Below, piece by piece: positions 1 through 10,928 of a stretch of 64,000 nucleotides of DNA (the first letter of the stretch is position 1; each line of letters begins with the position of its first letter). The translations under genes were made by a program, and so were the position numbers. The stretch covers positions 11,814 to 75,813 of the forward strand of contig CACMQA010000004.1 in the NCBI GenBank assembly GCA_902615715.1. The letters run 5' to 3'. The stretch is from an uncultured Pelagibacteraceae bacterium (GTDB taxonomy: Bacteria; Pseudomonadota; Alphaproteobacteria; Pelagibacterales; Pelagibacteraceae). The notes beneath the pieces were generated by a model. The model saw only the letters and a program-made list of their open reading frames with translations. It did no database searches and was not told where the DNA came from.

Positions 1-328
1 TAAATTTCTCTAAAATTAATGCAGAAGTAAATGGTGTTGCATAAATCTTGCAATTTAAATTAGGCCAAATATGAGCTACAGCTCCAATGTGATCCTCATG
101 GGCATGTGTTAAAACTATCCCGAGTAAGTCATCTTTTTTATCTATTATAAACCCTGCATCTGGCATTATTAAATCAACACCAGGAACTGAGTCGTCGGCA
201 AAAGAAACGCCCATATCAACTATTATCCATTTTTGATTATCATCTTCTCCATAGGCGTATAAATTCATATTGCCGCCTATTTCTCCAGATCCACCTAATG
301 GACAAAAAATTAATTTTTCTTTACTCAT
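1..328 (-). CDS. rnj: Ribonuclease J-like metallo-beta-lactamase-fold RNase, N-terminal 109 codons (gene continues past the window start)
   Basis: Not in the ORF track because the window edge cuts it. My reverse-strand translation from ATG 328..326 reads MSKEKLIFCPLGGSGEIGGNMNLYAYGEDDNQKWIIVDMGVSFADDSVPGVDLIMPDAGF..LGIVLTHAHEDHIGAVAHIWPN. It carries the HxHxDH metal motif. ATGA overlap with the coaX stop. Confidence 0.75.
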   Translation of the reverse strand, partial: MSKEKLIFCPLGGSGEIGGNMNLYAYGEDDNQKWIIVDMGVSFADDSVPGVDLIMPDAGFIIDKKDDLLGIVLTHAHEDHIGAVAHIWPNLNCKIYATPFTSALILEKF

Positions 329-1071
329 ATTAATTCTTTATAAGCATTTGCTATTCCTTTAATAGTTATATCTTGGTCTATTGCTACTTTTTTTTTTATA
401 ATTTTACCAAAAAAGTTTGCATATCCGCCTGTAAGTAAAATTTTGTATTTAATTTTACTTCTAGAAATTATTTTATCTATAATATTGTTTATTAAACCCT
501 CATACCCCCATACAAAACCAGCATTAAGAGCTTCGATTGTATTTTTCCCGTAGTTTTTTTGATGGGTTTTTAAGTTTATTAAAGGGAGTAAGGCAGTTGC
601 TTGACTTAAATTTTTTATGGAAAGATTTACACCAGGTGCAATTACCCCTCCTTCATATATACCATTTTTAATAACATCAAACGTAGTTGCTGTTCCAAAA
701 TCTATAATTAGACAATTTTTTAATTTTTTTGCACCAATTGCATTTGCTATTCTATCTGAGCCTAATTTTTTAATATTTTTTATATTAATTTTGATAATTT
801 TGTTTAATTTCAAATTCTTTATTTCTAAAATTTTAAATTTAGTCGACTTTAAATTCTTTTTAATATTCATAAATACCTTTGGTACAACACTTGAAAATAG
901 AAAGACTGGATTTATATTTTTGTTAGTTTTTTTTCCAATGATCTTTTTTAAAAGATTGTTTTTAAACATCTTACTAGTATCAAAATTATACGATCTCAAA
1001 ATTTTAAATTTTCTACTCAAAATACAGATCTTTGTGGAGGTATTTCCTATATCGCCAATTAAATATTTCAT
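325..1071 (-). CDS. coaX: Type III pantothenate kinase
   Basis: 248 aa. N-terminal DIGNTSTK phosphate-binding motif and DFGTATTFD, with a GGYA-type C-terminus, as in the CoaX/Bvg accessory factor family. Confidence 0.9.
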   Translation of the reverse strand: MKYLIGDIGNTSTKICILSRKFKILRSYNFDTSKMFKNNLLKKIIGKKTNKNINPVFLFSSVVPKVFMNIKKNLKSTKFKILEIKNLKLNKIIKINIKNIKKLGSDRIANAIGAKKLKNCLIIDFGTATTFDVIKNGIYEGGVIAPGVNLSIKNLSQATALLPLINLKTHQKNYGKNTIEALNAGFVWGYEGLINNIIDKIISRSKIKYKILLTGGYANFFGKIIKKKVAIDQDITIKGIANAYKELI

Positions 1072-1637
1072 ATTTTTTGTGTAAATTTTTTTAACTCTGA
1101 AAATGAATTTTTATTAGCTTTAAATAAAAGTTTTTCATAGTTTTTTTTAATCATAATAATTAGTTTTTTATTATCTATATTTTTATTTGTAATATTTTTC
1201 AATGAAGTAGCAGCAAAACTACTATTTTTTGGATCTAAATTAGTATTTATTCCTATTCCAACTATTAAAAATTGTTTTCCTGCATTATTAACGGTCTCTT
1301 GTAAAATTCCACAAATTTTTTTTTTTTTAAATAAAAGGTCGTTTGGCCATTTGATTTTAATTTTATTTGAAAATTTTTTTGCAAGAATACTTTTTAGCAA
1401 ATATGCATTTATAATTGCGAATTTCTTAAAATCTATTTTCTTTTTACTCATATCAAAAAAAATACTTAAAAATAAATTTCCTTTTTTTGAAATCCACTTT
1501 TTTCCCATAGTGCCTCTGCCTTTTGTCTGACGCTCAGCTAAGATTATTGAAGGCTTTATATTATCTCTCTTTATGAGCATTAAAGCTATATCGTTTGTGC
1601 TTTTAACACTTTTAAATTTAATTGATCTCAATTTCAT
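1068..1637 (-). CDS. birA: Biotin-[acetyl-CoA-carboxylase] ligase, minimal catalytic-core form
   Basis: 189 aa. Has the GRGTMGKKW motif (GRGRxGRxW biotin/ATP loop) and KWPNDL. There is no N-terminal HTH and no C-terminal SH3-like domain. Confidence 0.85.
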   Translation of the reverse strand: MKLRSIKFKSVKSTNDIALMLIKRDNIKPSIILAERQTKGRGTMGKKWISKKGNLFLSIFFDMSKKKIDFKKFAIINAYLLKSILAKKFSNKIKIKWPNDLLFKKKKICGILQETVNNAGKQFLIVGIGINTNLDPKNSSFAATSLKNITNKNIDNKKLIIMIKKNYEKLLFKANKNSFSELKKFTQKI

Positions 1638-3052
1638 TAATTTAAAAATAATGTATCCACTACATTGCTCAAAACTGAAGGGTACAAGAAGAAAGTTAAC
1701 AAGATACTACAACTTATAAAAATCGATAGTTGAGCCAATTTATTTTTTGTATTATCGAAACTTATGACACTGTCATCAAAATAAATAGTCTTAATTATTT
1801 TAAGATAATAAAAAGCCGATATTACAGTGGCTAATAATCCTATTATTGCTAAAGCATACATCTGTTGTTCAACTACCGCAGCAAAAACAAAAAATTTAGC
1901 AAAAAATCCTCCAAGTGGAGGAATGCCTGCTAAAGAGAATAGTATTACTAAAAATGATATAGCTAAGATTGGATGTTTTTTTGAAATACCTGATAAGTCT
2001 GAAATATTTTCTTTATACTCACCATCTTTTTTTAATAGATACAAACATGAAAAAGCACCAAGATTCATTACAACATAAATAGAAATATAAACTATTGCAC
2101 TTTCATAACCTGAGATCACGCCCGTTGCTACCCCAGCTAAAGCATATCCTATGTGTCCTATTGAACTATAAGCCAATAACCTCTTAATATTTTTCTGTCC
2201 GATCGCAGCCACTGCCCCTAAAATCATTGAGGCAATAGATATAAAAATAATTATAGTTTGCCACTCCATTGATATTTTTGAAAAAGGAATTAACATAAAC
2301 TTAATTAAAACTGCTAGTCCAGCAACTTTTGGAACTACTGCAAAATAACTAGTTATAGATGTTGGTGCTCCTTCATACACATCAGGTGTCCACATATGAA
2401 AAGGAACTGCCGAAACTTTAAATGCAAGACCAACCAAAATAAACACCATGGCAAATACTGCACCTGTATTTTCTTTACCTAGTTCATTCGCAATTAAATC
2501 AAAATTAGTTGAGCCTGTAAATCCGTATAATAAAGAGCAGCCATAAAGTAATAAACCTGATGATAAAGCACTTAATACAAAATATTTTATACCAGACTCA
2601 GATGACTTTAAATTATCTCTATCAATTGAAGCTAAGATATATAGTGACAATGATTGTAATTCTAAACCTAAATAAAATAAAATTATATCGTTAGAACTTA
2701 CCATGAAAAACATACCTAAAATTGAGATTAATATTATTATTGGATACTCAAATTTTGTTAATTTTTTATCCAAGATATAATTTTTTGATGAGTTAAGTAC
2801 AAATAAGCTTGAGATAAGTATCAGTATTTTAAAAAAATTCGAAAAAGAATCTCGTGTAAAACTTTCTAAAAATATTTTTTCTACATTATTTGGGCTATTT
2901 AAAATTATTATGATTGTTAATAAAATTATTAATGAACTTAAGTTGAAAATTAAATTAAAACTATTTTTTATAAACACTCCAATCATCAGGATAGAAAAAA
3001 TTGATAATGTTAAAAAAATTTCTGGAAGTAATATATTTAAATTATTTATCAT
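1637..3052 (-). CDS. nuoN: NADH-quinone oxidoreductase subunit N
   Basis: 471 aa polytopic antiporter-like protein with the FHMWTPDVYEGAPT motif. It is the last gene of a contiguous nuoA-N set. Confidence 0.93.
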   Translation of the reverse strand: MINNLNILLPEIFLTLSIFSILMIGVFIKNSFNLIFNLSSLIILLTIIIILNSPNNVEKIFLESFTRDSFSNFFKILILISSLFVLNSSKNYILDKKLTKFEYPIIILISILGMFFMVSSNDIILFYLGLELQSLSLYILASIDRDNLKSSESGIKYFVLSALSSGLLLYGCSLLYGFTGSTNFDLIANELGKENTGAVFAMVFILVGLAFKVSAVPFHMWTPDVYEGAPTSITSYFAVVPKVAGLAVLIKFMLIPFSKISMEWQTIIIFISIASMILGAVAAIGQKNIKRLLAYSSIGHIGYALAGVATGVISGYESAIVYISIYVVMNLGAFSCLYLLKKDGEYKENISDLSGISKKHPILAISFLVILFSLAGIPPLGGFFAKFFVFAAVVEQQMYALAIIGLLATVISAFYYLKIIKTIYFDDSVISFDNTKNKLAQLSIFISCSILLTFFLYPSVLSNVVDTLFLN

Positions 3053-3053
3053 A

Positions 3054-4541
3054 TTAATTTAAACTCTCTATTTGAACAGCAGTTTCATAGTTATTTATTA
3101 AGTTGTCTACTGAAACATTTAAAGTTTCCATTAATGGAACAGGATAAAAACCAAAAAAAATAACTAGCACAGCTAAAATACCTAACATAATCATCTCTGA
3201 TTTATTAACATCTTTTAAATTTTTAATTTGATCATTTTTAGTTACACCAAAAATAACTCTCTTTGTTAGCCAAAGCATGTATGCAGCTCCTAAGACGACT
3301 CCAAATGTAGCTAACATTGCAACCAAATAATTCTTCTGAAAAGTTCCTGTTAAAACTAAAAATTCACCTAAAAAGCCAGACGTCCCAGGAAGGCCCAATC
3401 CAGCTAAAGCAAAAACTATAAACAAAAAAGAATATTTTGGTAAATAATTTACTAATCCGCCATATGTACTGATCATTCTCGAATGTAATCTGTCATAAAC
3501 AACCCCTACGCATAAGAATAGAGCTGCTGAAATCAATCCATGACTAATCATCTGAAAAACGCTTCCTTCAATTCCTTGTTTGGTAAATGTAAATATTCCA
3601 AGAGTTACATAACCCATGTGAGCAACTGAGGAATATGCAATTAATTTTTTCATATCCTCTTGCATTAAAGCGACTAAAGATGTGTAAATAATAGCAATAA
3701 TACTTAGTGTAAAAATTAATGGTGTAAAAAATTCTGAAGCTAGTGGAAACATGGGTAAAGAAAATCTCAAAAAACCGTATCCAGCCATTTTTAAAAGTAT
3801 TGCCGCTAGTATTACTGATCCAGCTGTAGGCGCTTCAACATGCGCATCAGGTAACCAAGTGTGAACTGGCCACATGGGTGTTTTAACAGCAAAAGAACTG
3901 AAAAAAGCTAACCATAATAAGTTTTGATATTCTTTAGGTATTTTAATTTCGTAAATTTGAGTGACGTCAGTTGTCCCTGTTATCCAGTAGATTGCAATAA
4001 TAGCAACAAGCATCAAAACTGATCCCAATAGAGTAAATAGAAAAAATTTAAAAGCTGAATATACTCTTCTTGGTCCACCCCAAACCCCTATGATTAAAAA
4101 CATTGGAATTAATCCAGCTTCAAAGAATAAATAAAATATAACTAAATCTAGTGAGCAAAAAACTCCAATCATGAAAGTTTCTAATATTAAAATCGCTATT
4201 AAAAACTCTTTGACTCTATCTTTAACACTATTGATGCATGAGATAATACAAATAGGAGTTATTAATGCTGTAAGAACTATAAAGAGGATTGAGATTCCGT
4301 CTATACCGAGTTTAAATTTAATAAAATCATTAATCCAGGATTGTTCCTCTAAGAATTGAAAATCTGCTGATGTATAATCCATTGAATACCAAACAAATAA
4401 AGACAAAATAAATGTTGCTAAACTACTAAATAAAGAAATGTAAATTGCGCTATTATTGTTCTTTTGCCCTCTGGATATGAAAATAAAGAGAGAACTTACT
4501 AATGGTAAAAATATAAGTGTAGATAATATAGGAAAGTCCAT
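3054..4541 (-). CDS. nuoM: NADH-quinone oxidoreductase subunit M
   Basis: 495 aa with the HTWLPDAHVEAPTAGSV motif. Position in the operon supports the call. Confidence 0.95.
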   Translation of the reverse strand: MDFPILSTLIFLPLVSSLFIFISRGQKNNNSAIYISLFSSLATFILSLFVWYSMDYTSADFQFLEEQSWINDFIKFKLGIDGISILFIVLTALITPICIISCINSVKDRVKEFLIAILILETFMIGVFCSLDLVIFYLFFEAGLIPMFLIIGVWGGPRRVYSAFKFFLFTLLGSVLMLVAIIAIYWITGTTDVTQIYEIKIPKEYQNLLWLAFFSSFAVKTPMWPVHTWLPDAHVEAPTAGSVILAAILLKMAGYGFLRFSLPMFPLASEFFTPLIFTLSIIAIIYTSLVALMQEDMKKLIAYSSVAHMGYVTLGIFTFTKQGIEGSVFQMISHGLISAALFLCVGVVYDRLHSRMISTYGGLVNYLPKYSFLFIVFALAGLGLPGTSGFLGEFLVLTGTFQKNYLVAMLATFGVVLGAAYMLWLTKRVIFGVTKNDQIKNLKDVNKSEMIMLGILAVLVIFFGFYPVPLMETLNVSVDNLINNYETAVQIESLN

Positions 4542-4545
4542 TTTT

Positions 4546-6453
4546 TTAATTTAAAATTAAATAAGTGAGTAGAATTGATAAACCTATCAACATCACAAAG
4601 GCATAATCATATATAAATCCTGTTTGAAAAATACCTGCTTTGTCAGAAAGTTTTTTTATTAATTTTGAAATACCGTCAGGGCCAAATCTATCTATAAAAC
4701 CTAAGTCACCTTTTTTCCAAAAAAAAGAGCCAATTTTTTTAGCAGGTTTTACAAATAACAATTCGTAAAGTTCATCTATATACCATTTATTAAGTAAAAA
4801 ACTATAAAGTGGCGAATTAGTATTTTTAAATTCCTCTAGAATTTTAGTGTTAGAAATAAAATAGTAATATGAGATCGGTATAGAAATTACTACTAATAAT
4901 GGTGTTAAAATTAAAAACCATAAAGGGATTGGATCATGTTTGATTTCATTTAAAAAGAATATTGATGATTGCCAAAATTCATTACTATGGTGACCAATAA
5001 ATGTCGTTTTAAAAAAATAACCGGCAAACATTGCACCAATAGCTAAAAATAATAAAGGACCTAACATTATAAAAGGAGACTCGTGAGTTTCATTAATTGG
5101 TAATTTTGAATTATTATATGGACCGTGAAATGTTTTGAAAAATAACCTCCAAGAATAAATTGAAGTTAAAAATGCTGTAAAAATTCCGATAGTTGCCGCA
5201 TAGTTTCCCAGGGAAGAATTTCTTAAATAAGCAAATTCAATAATTGCATCTTTAGAGTAAAAACCAGATAAAAAAGGAAATCCAGTTAACGCCAAAGTTC
5301 CTATCAACATAAAAACATAGGTATAAGGAAGTTTTTTTCTCACACCACCCATATTCCTTATATCTTGTTCATCTTTAAACGCATGAATTACAGATCCAGA
5401 ACCTAGAAATAATAAAGCTTTAAAAAAAGCATGAGTGAATAAATGGAACATTGCTACATGATAAGCGCCTACACCTGCAGCAAAAAACATGTAACCTAGT
5501 TGACTACAAGTTGAGTAAGCAACTATTTTTTTAATATCGTTCTGGACAAGAGCAACTGATGCTGCAAAAATTGCAGTAATCATTCCAACTATTGTAACTA
5601 GGTTCAAAGCAGTTTGAGAATATTCAAATAATGGAGAACATCTAACAACTAAAAACACACCGGCTGTCACCATTGTAGCTGCATGAATAAGTGCTGAAAC
5701 TGGTGTGGGCCCTTCCATGGCATCTGGTAACCAAGTATGTAATAAAAATTGGGCTGACTTACCCATCGCTCCAATAAATAAAAATAAACAAATCAATGTG
5801 ATTAAAGTTGTCTCAAAACCAAAGAATACCAATTTTTTTTCAATAAATTGTGGAGCTAATTCAAAAACTTCTTGAAAATTTATCGTGCCGAAATAAAAAA
5901 ATATAAGAAAAATTCCAATCGCTAAACCAAAATCACCTACCCTGTTTACGATAAAAGCTTTTATTGCTGCGTTATTTGCGCTCTCTTTTTTATACCAAAA
6001 ACCAATTAAGAGATATGAACATAGTCCTACTCCTTCCCAGCCAAAAAATAATTGTAGAAAATTATCTGACACAACAAGAACTAACATTGAAAACGTAAAT
6101 AAAGATAAGTAAGACATAAATCTTGGCTTGTGCGGATCATGGCTCATGTAACCAATAGAATAAATATGAACTAATGCTGAAACAAAAGTGACAACTACTA
6201 GCATCACTGAACTTAAAGGATCAATATTTATTGACCAATTAGCAACAAAATTTCCTGAGCTAATCCATTCATATATTATAAAATTTCCGTATGTTTCATT
6301 TTGAATTCCATTCCAAAACAAAATTATTGAAAACACAGCTGAAATACTTACGAATAAACTCGTGGTAATTTCAGAAAAATATTTAATTAATGATTTGCCT
6401 AAAAAGCCAAGAATAGATCCAACTAAGGGTAAAAAAATTACAGCGTACTCCAT
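4546..6453 (-). CDS. nuoL: NADH-quinone oxidoreductase subunit L
   Basis: 635 aa with HTWLPDAMEGPTPVSALIHAATMV and a long C-terminal amphipathic helix region. Confidence 0.95.
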   Translation of the reverse strand: MEYAVIFLPLVGSILGFLGKSLIKYFSEITTSLFVSISAVFSIILFWNGIQNETYGNFIIYEWISSGNFVANWSINIDPLSSVMLVVVTFVSALVHIYSIGYMSHDPHKPRFMSYLSLFTFSMLVLVVSDNFLQLFFGWEGVGLCSYLLIGFWYKKESANNAAIKAFIVNRVGDFGLAIGIFLIFFYFGTINFQEVFELAPQFIEKKLVFFGFETTLITLICLFLFIGAMGKSAQFLLHTWLPDAMEGPTPVSALIHAATMVTAGVFLVVRCSPLFEYSQTALNLVTIVGMITAIFAASVALVQNDIKKIVAYSTCSQLGYMFFAAGVGAYHVAMFHLFTHAFFKALLFLGSGSVIHAFKDEQDIRNMGGVRKKLPYTYVFMLIGTLALTGFPFLSGFYSKDAIIEFAYLRNSSLGNYAATIGIFTAFLTSIYSWRLFFKTFHGPYNNSKLPINETHESPFIMLGPLLFLAIGAMFAGYFFKTTFIGHHSNEFWQSSIFFLNEIKHDPIPLWFLILTPLLVVISIPISYYYFISNTKILEEFKNTNSPLYSFLLNKWYIDELYELLFVKPAKKIGSFFWKKGDLGFIDRFGPDGISKLIKKLSDKAGIFQTGFIYDYAFVMLIGLSILLTYLILN

Positions 6454-6768
6454 TTATCCTTTCATTCCATGGATATCTTCAACTCTTATTGAGCCTCTGT
6501 TTCTATAATAAATAACAATTATTGCTAATCCTATTGCAGCTTCAGCCGCTGCCACTGTCAAAATTAACATTGTGAATATTTGTCCAACTATATCTCCAGA
6601 AAAAATTGAGAATGATATTAAATTTATGTTAACTGATAACAATATCAATTCGATAGACATTAATATTACTATTACGTTTTTTCTATTTAAAAAAATACCG
6701 ATTACACCTAAAAAGAATATTATTGCACCTAGAGATAAATAATGACCTAGTCCAATTTCAATCATCAA
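6454..6768 (-). CDS. nuoK: NADH-quinone oxidoreductase subunit K
   Basis: 104 aa with 3 TM helices and the [11 protein letters not shown] motif. Position in the operon supports the call. Confidence 0.93.
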   Translation of the reverse strand: MMIEIGLGHYLSLGAIIFFLGVIGIFLNRKNVIVILMSIELILLSVNINLISFSIFSGDIVGQIFTMLILTVAAAEAAIGLAIIVIYYRNRGSIRVEDIHGMKG

Positions 6769-7384
6769 TTTTTACTCCTTTATTGCTCTCAACATCTTTA
6801 AGCTCAATTGAAGATGATGGATTTCTAGAAATTTGATTAATATAACTTTGTTTTTTTACTCCTTTTCTTTGTCTAAATGTTAAAAGTATAGCTCCTATCA
6901 TTGATAATAAAAGTATGATTCCAGCTAATTGAAAATACAAAATATAATCAGTGTACATCACTAAACCTAATTGATGAGTATTTGAAATATCTGATAAATT
7001 TAAAGTGCTGCTTGACATTAGATCGTCTTTGTACCTCCAACCACCAACTACTACTAATAGCTCTAAAAGTATTAAAACGCTTACTATTAACCCTATTGGA
7101 ATATGCGTTGATTTTTTTCCAATAAACCAAGATTGTTTTTGTTCAGCTACGTTAAGCATCATTACTACAAATAAAAATAAAACTGCTACAGCTCCAACAT
7201 AAACAATTAAAATAATCATTCCTAAAAATTCAGCACCAACCATTATGAAAAGGCATCCAACTGATATAAAATCTAAGATTAAAAAGAAAACTGAGTTAAC
7301 AGTATTTCTTGATGTGATTACCATTAGAGATGAAAAAATTGCAATAACAGAAAAAAAATAAAAAAATACTGAATGAGCTAACAT
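6758..7384 (-). CDS. nuoJ: NADH-quinone oxidoreductase subunit J
   Basis: 208 aa membrane protein lying between nuoI and nuoK. Has the [17 protein letters not shown] motif. Confidence 0.9.
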   Translation of the reverse strand: MLAHSVFFYFFSVIAIFSSLMVITSRNTVNSVFFLILDFISVGCLFIMVGAEFLGMIILIVYVGAVAVLFLFVVMMLNVAEQKQSWFIGKKSTHIPIGLIVSVLILLELLVVVGGWRYKDDLMSSSTLNLSDISNTHQLGLVMYTDYILYFQLAGIILLLSMIGAILLTFRQRKGVKKQSYINQISRNPSSSIELKDVESNKGVKIDD

Positions 7385-7870
7385 TTATCTATAGGGTTTA
7401 TCTAGCTTAATATTCTTAGCCAAAACTGATTCCCATCTATCACCGTTATCTAATAATTTTTCTTTATTATAATAAAGCTCTTCTCTTGTTTGTGTTGCAA
7501 ATTCAAAATTTGGCCCTTGAACTATAGCTTCTACAGGACACGACTCTTGACATAAACCACAATAAATACATTTCAACATATCGATATCGTATCTTGTTGT
7601 TTTTCTACTACCATCTGCTCTTTCAGCTGACTCAATTGTAATAGCTTGAGCAGGACAAACTGCTTCACAAAGTTTACAGGCTATACATCTTTCTTCGCCA
7701 TTTGGATATCTTCTTAAAGCATGTTCTCCTCTCATACGAGGGCTTATTGGACCTTTTTCAAACGGATAATTCACAGTTTTGGATTTTTTAAACATTTCTT
7801 TAGTGGCCATTAACAAACCTTTAATAAACTCAACTAAAAAAATAGTTTTCAAAATTCTGCTTAAAGTCAT
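7385..7870 (-). CDS. nuoI: NADH-quinone oxidoreductase subunit I (2x[4Fe-4S] ferredoxin)
   Basis: 161 aa with two CxxCxxCxxxCP motifs ([12 protein letters not shown] and [12 protein letters not shown]). Confidence 0.95.
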   Translation of the reverse strand: MTLSRILKTIFLVEFIKGLLMATKEMFKKSKTVNYPFEKGPISPRMRGEHALRRYPNGEERCIACKLCEAVCPAQAITIESAERADGSRKTTRYDIDMLKCIYCGLCQESCPVEAIVQGPNFEFATQTREELYYNKEKLLDNGDRWESVLAKNIKLDKPYR

Positions 7871-8877
7871 TAAAAGTTCCCTTTTGGTAATTTATCAAAA
7901 TAAAATAAAAAACTTGCAGTTAACACTAAATATACTAAAGAAAAAGGAAGAAATATTTTCCATCCTAGTCTCATCAATTGATCATATCTGTATCTTGGAA
8001 CAATTGCTTTTATTAAAGCAAATAAGAAAAATAAGAATAAAATTTTTAAAATCATCCAGATTGGAGCTGGTACTAAATTAATTGGATAAATATCAATTAT
8101 TGGCAACCAACCACCTAGGAAAAGTATAGAACCCATTGCACACATTAAAAGAATGTTTGCATATTCACCAAGCCAAAACATAGCATACATCATCCCAGAA
8201 TATTCGGTTTGATATCCAGCCACTAACTCGGCTTCAGCTTCGGGTAAATCAAAAGGAGGTCTATTAGTCTCTGCTAATGCAGAAATAAAAAAAATAACGA
8301 ACATTGGAAATAGTGGAATTACGTACCATAATTCTTTTTGCGCTAAGACTATGTCTTTTAAGTTTAATGATCCAACGCACAATAAAACATTGATAATTAT
8401 TATTCCGATAGAAACTTCATAAGAAACCATTTGAGCTGCAGACCTAATTGCGCCTAAAAATGGATATTTGGAATTTGAAGCCCATCCACCCATTATAATG
8501 CCATAAACACCTAGAGAAGAAACAGCAAATAAATATAATATGCCAACATTAATATCAGACAATACTAATTCTTCACTCATTGGAATAACTGCCCAAGCAA
8601 CTAAAGCTAAAGTCATTGTTACAATAGGAGCAAGTATGAATACCACTTTATTTGCGCTAGCTGGAATAATTATTTCTTTAAAAATATATTTTAATGCATC
8701 AGCCAATGTTTGCAGTAAACCAAATGGACCTACAACATTTGGTCCTTTCCTTTTTTGTACTAAACCCCACACCCTTCTATCCAACCAAACAATCATGGCT
8801 ACTGAAACTAATATTGGTACTAGTAAAAATAAAATTTTATAAACTTCGTTACCTAAAATTTGTAAGTACTCCGTCAT
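7870..8877 (-). CDS. nuoH: NADH-quinone oxidoreductase subunit H
   Basis: 335 aa polytopic protein with the [17 protein letters not shown] motif. Confidence 0.95.
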   Translation of the reverse strand: MTEYLQILGNEVYKILFLLVPILVSVAMIVWLDRRVWGLVQKRKGPNVVGPFGLLQTLADALKYIFKEIIIPASANKVVFILAPIVTMTLALVAWAVIPMSEELVLSDINVGILYLFAVSSLGVYGIIMGGWASNSKYPFLGAIRSAAQMVSYEVSIGIIIINVLLCVGSLNLKDIVLAQKELWYVIPLFPMFVIFFISALAETNRPPFDLPEAEAELVAGYQTEYSGMMYAMFWLGEYANILLMCAMGSILFLGGWLPIIDIYPINLVPAPIWMILKILFLFFLFALIKAIVPRYRYDQLMRLGWKIFLPFSLVYLVLTASFLFYFDKLPKGNF

Positions 8878-10928
8878 TAATTATTTGTCCCATCTTTTTT
8901 AATTTTTTGACGAATTTGACGACACTCGCTCATTGTTTTTGATGAACGTGAAATAGAGTTTGTGTAGTAATAGTCAAGTTCTCTCACAGAAATCTTCTCA
9001 TTGAAAAAACTTGTTTCAATTTTATTAGTTTTAATTACTGATTTTTTCGGAAGTTCGTTTATCTCTGAAAAATTTGGAACAGTTTCTAAAATTTCTTTTC
9101 TTAGTTCATCAAAATTTAGTGTTTTTTCTCTTATGTTTAATTTTTTTATAATTCGATTGAAAATTTTCCAATCTTCTAAAGCTTCTCCAATTGGGTAAGA
9201 TGCTTTTTTACTTTCTTGTATTCTTCCCTCAAGATTTTCATACAAACCATTTTGTTCCGTATATGTTGCGCTTGGTAAAACTAAATCTGCAATCTCTGCA
9301 CCTCTATCTCCATGGCTACCTTGATAAACAATAAATTCATCATTTTTTTGAAATTCTAAATTATCGGAACCTAACAAATATAAAAGTTTAAATTTTTTAT
9401 CTTTTAAGCCATCAAAAAAAGATGAAGATTTTTCTTTATCTTGTAAAATTTTTAAATCTAAAAGTCCTACTGTTGATGCATTTTGTATAAGTATATTTAA
9501 ACCATTCCAGTTTTCATTAATCAAATTATTTTTTATTAAAAAATTTTTTAATTCTTCAAATATATATCCTCCGCTTTTAAGCTCTAACGCTGACTCTCCA
9601 ATAATGATAATTGGTTTTTTTGCTGATGAAAGTTTTTGAGAAAAGTCGTGTTCTTTATTTATAATTTTTCTAATATCTTCGGTGCTATCGCCAATTATTT
9701 CATATTCATAAGTTAAATCACCCGGGTTCCCTATTGAGAATATTGGGATTTTCTTTTTTACAAATGTTTTTCTTATTCTAGCGTTTAAAATTGATGCTTC
9801 GTGTCTTGGGTTAGTTCCAACTAATAAAATTAGATCCGCATCTTCAATTCCTGCTATCGAAGTATTAAAAATATAGTTCATTTTTTCATCTGAATTTATA
9901 TAAAAATTCTTTTCTCTAAACTCTAAATTTTCACTTTTAAGTTTTTTAAAAAATTTCTTAAAACTCAGGGCATTTTCCATATTTATCATATCGCCAATAT
10001 GCCCAGCTATTTCGTTAGGTTGAACTGAATGTATTTTTTCAACTAAGAGATTTATAGCTTCATCCCAAGTAGATTTTTGTAATTTATTATTTTTTTTTAT
10101 ATATGGAACATCTAGTCTTTGTTTTAATAATCCATCACAAGAATATCTAGTTTTGTCAGATATCCACTCTTCATTAATTTCATTATTTAATCTTGGTAAA
10201 ATTCTTTTTACTTCCCAATTGTATGTATCAACTCTTATGTTTGAACCCACAGCATCCATCACATCTACACTTTCCGTTTTTTTAAGCTCCCATGGTCTTG
10301 CTTCAAAAGCATAAGGTTTAGATGTAAGTGCTCCTACGGGGCATAAATCAATAACATTAGCAGACAACTCCGACTCCATGGATTTTTCTAAGTAAGTTGT
10401 TATTTCCATATTTTCACCTCTGCCAATAGCTCCTATTTCTGGAACTCCAGCGACTTCTGTTGCAAATCTCACACATCTTGTACAATGAATGCATCTTGTC
10501 ATTTGGGTTTTTATCAAAGGTCCCATATATTTTTCTTTAACATCTCTTTTATTTTCAACAAATCTTGATTTATCTACTCCGTAATACAAAGATTGATCCT
10601 GTAAATCACACTCTCCACCTTGATCGCATACAGGGCAATCTAGTGGATGATTAGCTAATAAAAATTCCATTACACCTTTTCTGGCTTTTTCCACTAAAGT
10701 AGTATTTGTTTTTATATTCATACCTTCTGCAGCTGGCATAGCACAAGATGCAATTGGTTTAGGTGACTTCTCCATTTCAACTAAACACATTCTACAATTT
10801 CCTGCTATTGAAAGTTTTTCGTGATAGCAAAATCTTGGAATCTCCACATCTGCTAACTCACATGCTTGAAGAACTGTCATTCCTTTTTCAAACTCAATTT
10901 CTTTTCCATTTATTGTTATTTTAGGCAT
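8877..10928 (-). CDS. nuoG: NADH-quinone oxidoreductase subunit G (75 kDa Fe-S subunit)
   Basis: Fe-S motifs [36 protein letters not shown] and [11 protein letters not shown] prefer the start MPKITINGK (ATG 10928..10926), 2 nt after the nuoF stop. The ORF track extends to 10955, which would overlap nuoF by 35 nt. Confidence 0.93.
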   Translation of the reverse strand: MPKITINGKEIEFEKGMTVLQACELADVEIPRFCYHEKLSIAGNCRMCLVEMEKSPKPIASCAMPAAEGMNIKTNTTLVEKARKGVMEFLLANHPLDCPVCDQGGECDLQDQSLYYGVDKSRFVENKRDVKEKYMGPLIKTQMTRCIHCTRCVRFATEVAGVPEIGAIGRGENMEITTYLEKSMESELSANVIDLCPVGALTSKPYAFEARPWELKKTESVDVMDAVGSNIRVDTYNWEVKRILPRLNNEINEEWISDKTRYSCDGLLKQRLDVPYIKKNNKLQKSTWDEAINLLVEKIHSVQPNEIAGHIGDMINMENALSFKKFFKKLKSENLEFREKNFYINSDEKMNYIFNTSIAGIEDADLILLVGTNPRHEASILNARIRKTFVKKKIPIFSIGNPGDLTYEYEIIGDSTEDIRKIINKEHDFSQKLSSAKKPIIIIGESALELKSGGYIFEELKNFLIKNNLINENWNGLNILIQNASTVGLLDLKILQDKEKSSSFFDGLKDKKFKLLYLLGSDNLEFQKNDEFIVYQGSHGDRGAEIADLVLPSATYTEQNGLYENLEGRIQESKKASYPIGEALEDWKIFNRIIKKLNIREKTLNFDELRKEILETVPNFSEINELPKKSVIKTNKIETSFFNEKISVRELDYYYTNSISRSSKTMSECRQIRQKIKKDGTNN

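Noticed and set aside
617-1084. A 155-aa plus-strand ORF antisense to coaX. Similar long antisense ORFs lie at 22418..22822 (in clpX), 35132..35470 (in the Rrf2 gene), 40065..40472 (in the AsmA-like gene), 58677..59033 (in lptF), 7779..8081 and 8540..8842 (in nuoH).
   Set aside because: All lie entirely within well-supported genes on the opposite strand. Their products are low-complexity Phe/Ile/Leu/Ser-rich mirror images of Lys/Asn/Ile-rich sense proteins. For 617..1084 I checked the register: antisense stops arise only where the sense strand has a TAN (Tyr) or CAN (His/Gln) codon after a T/C-ending codon, so the open frame follows from coaX composition. No family signatures are present.
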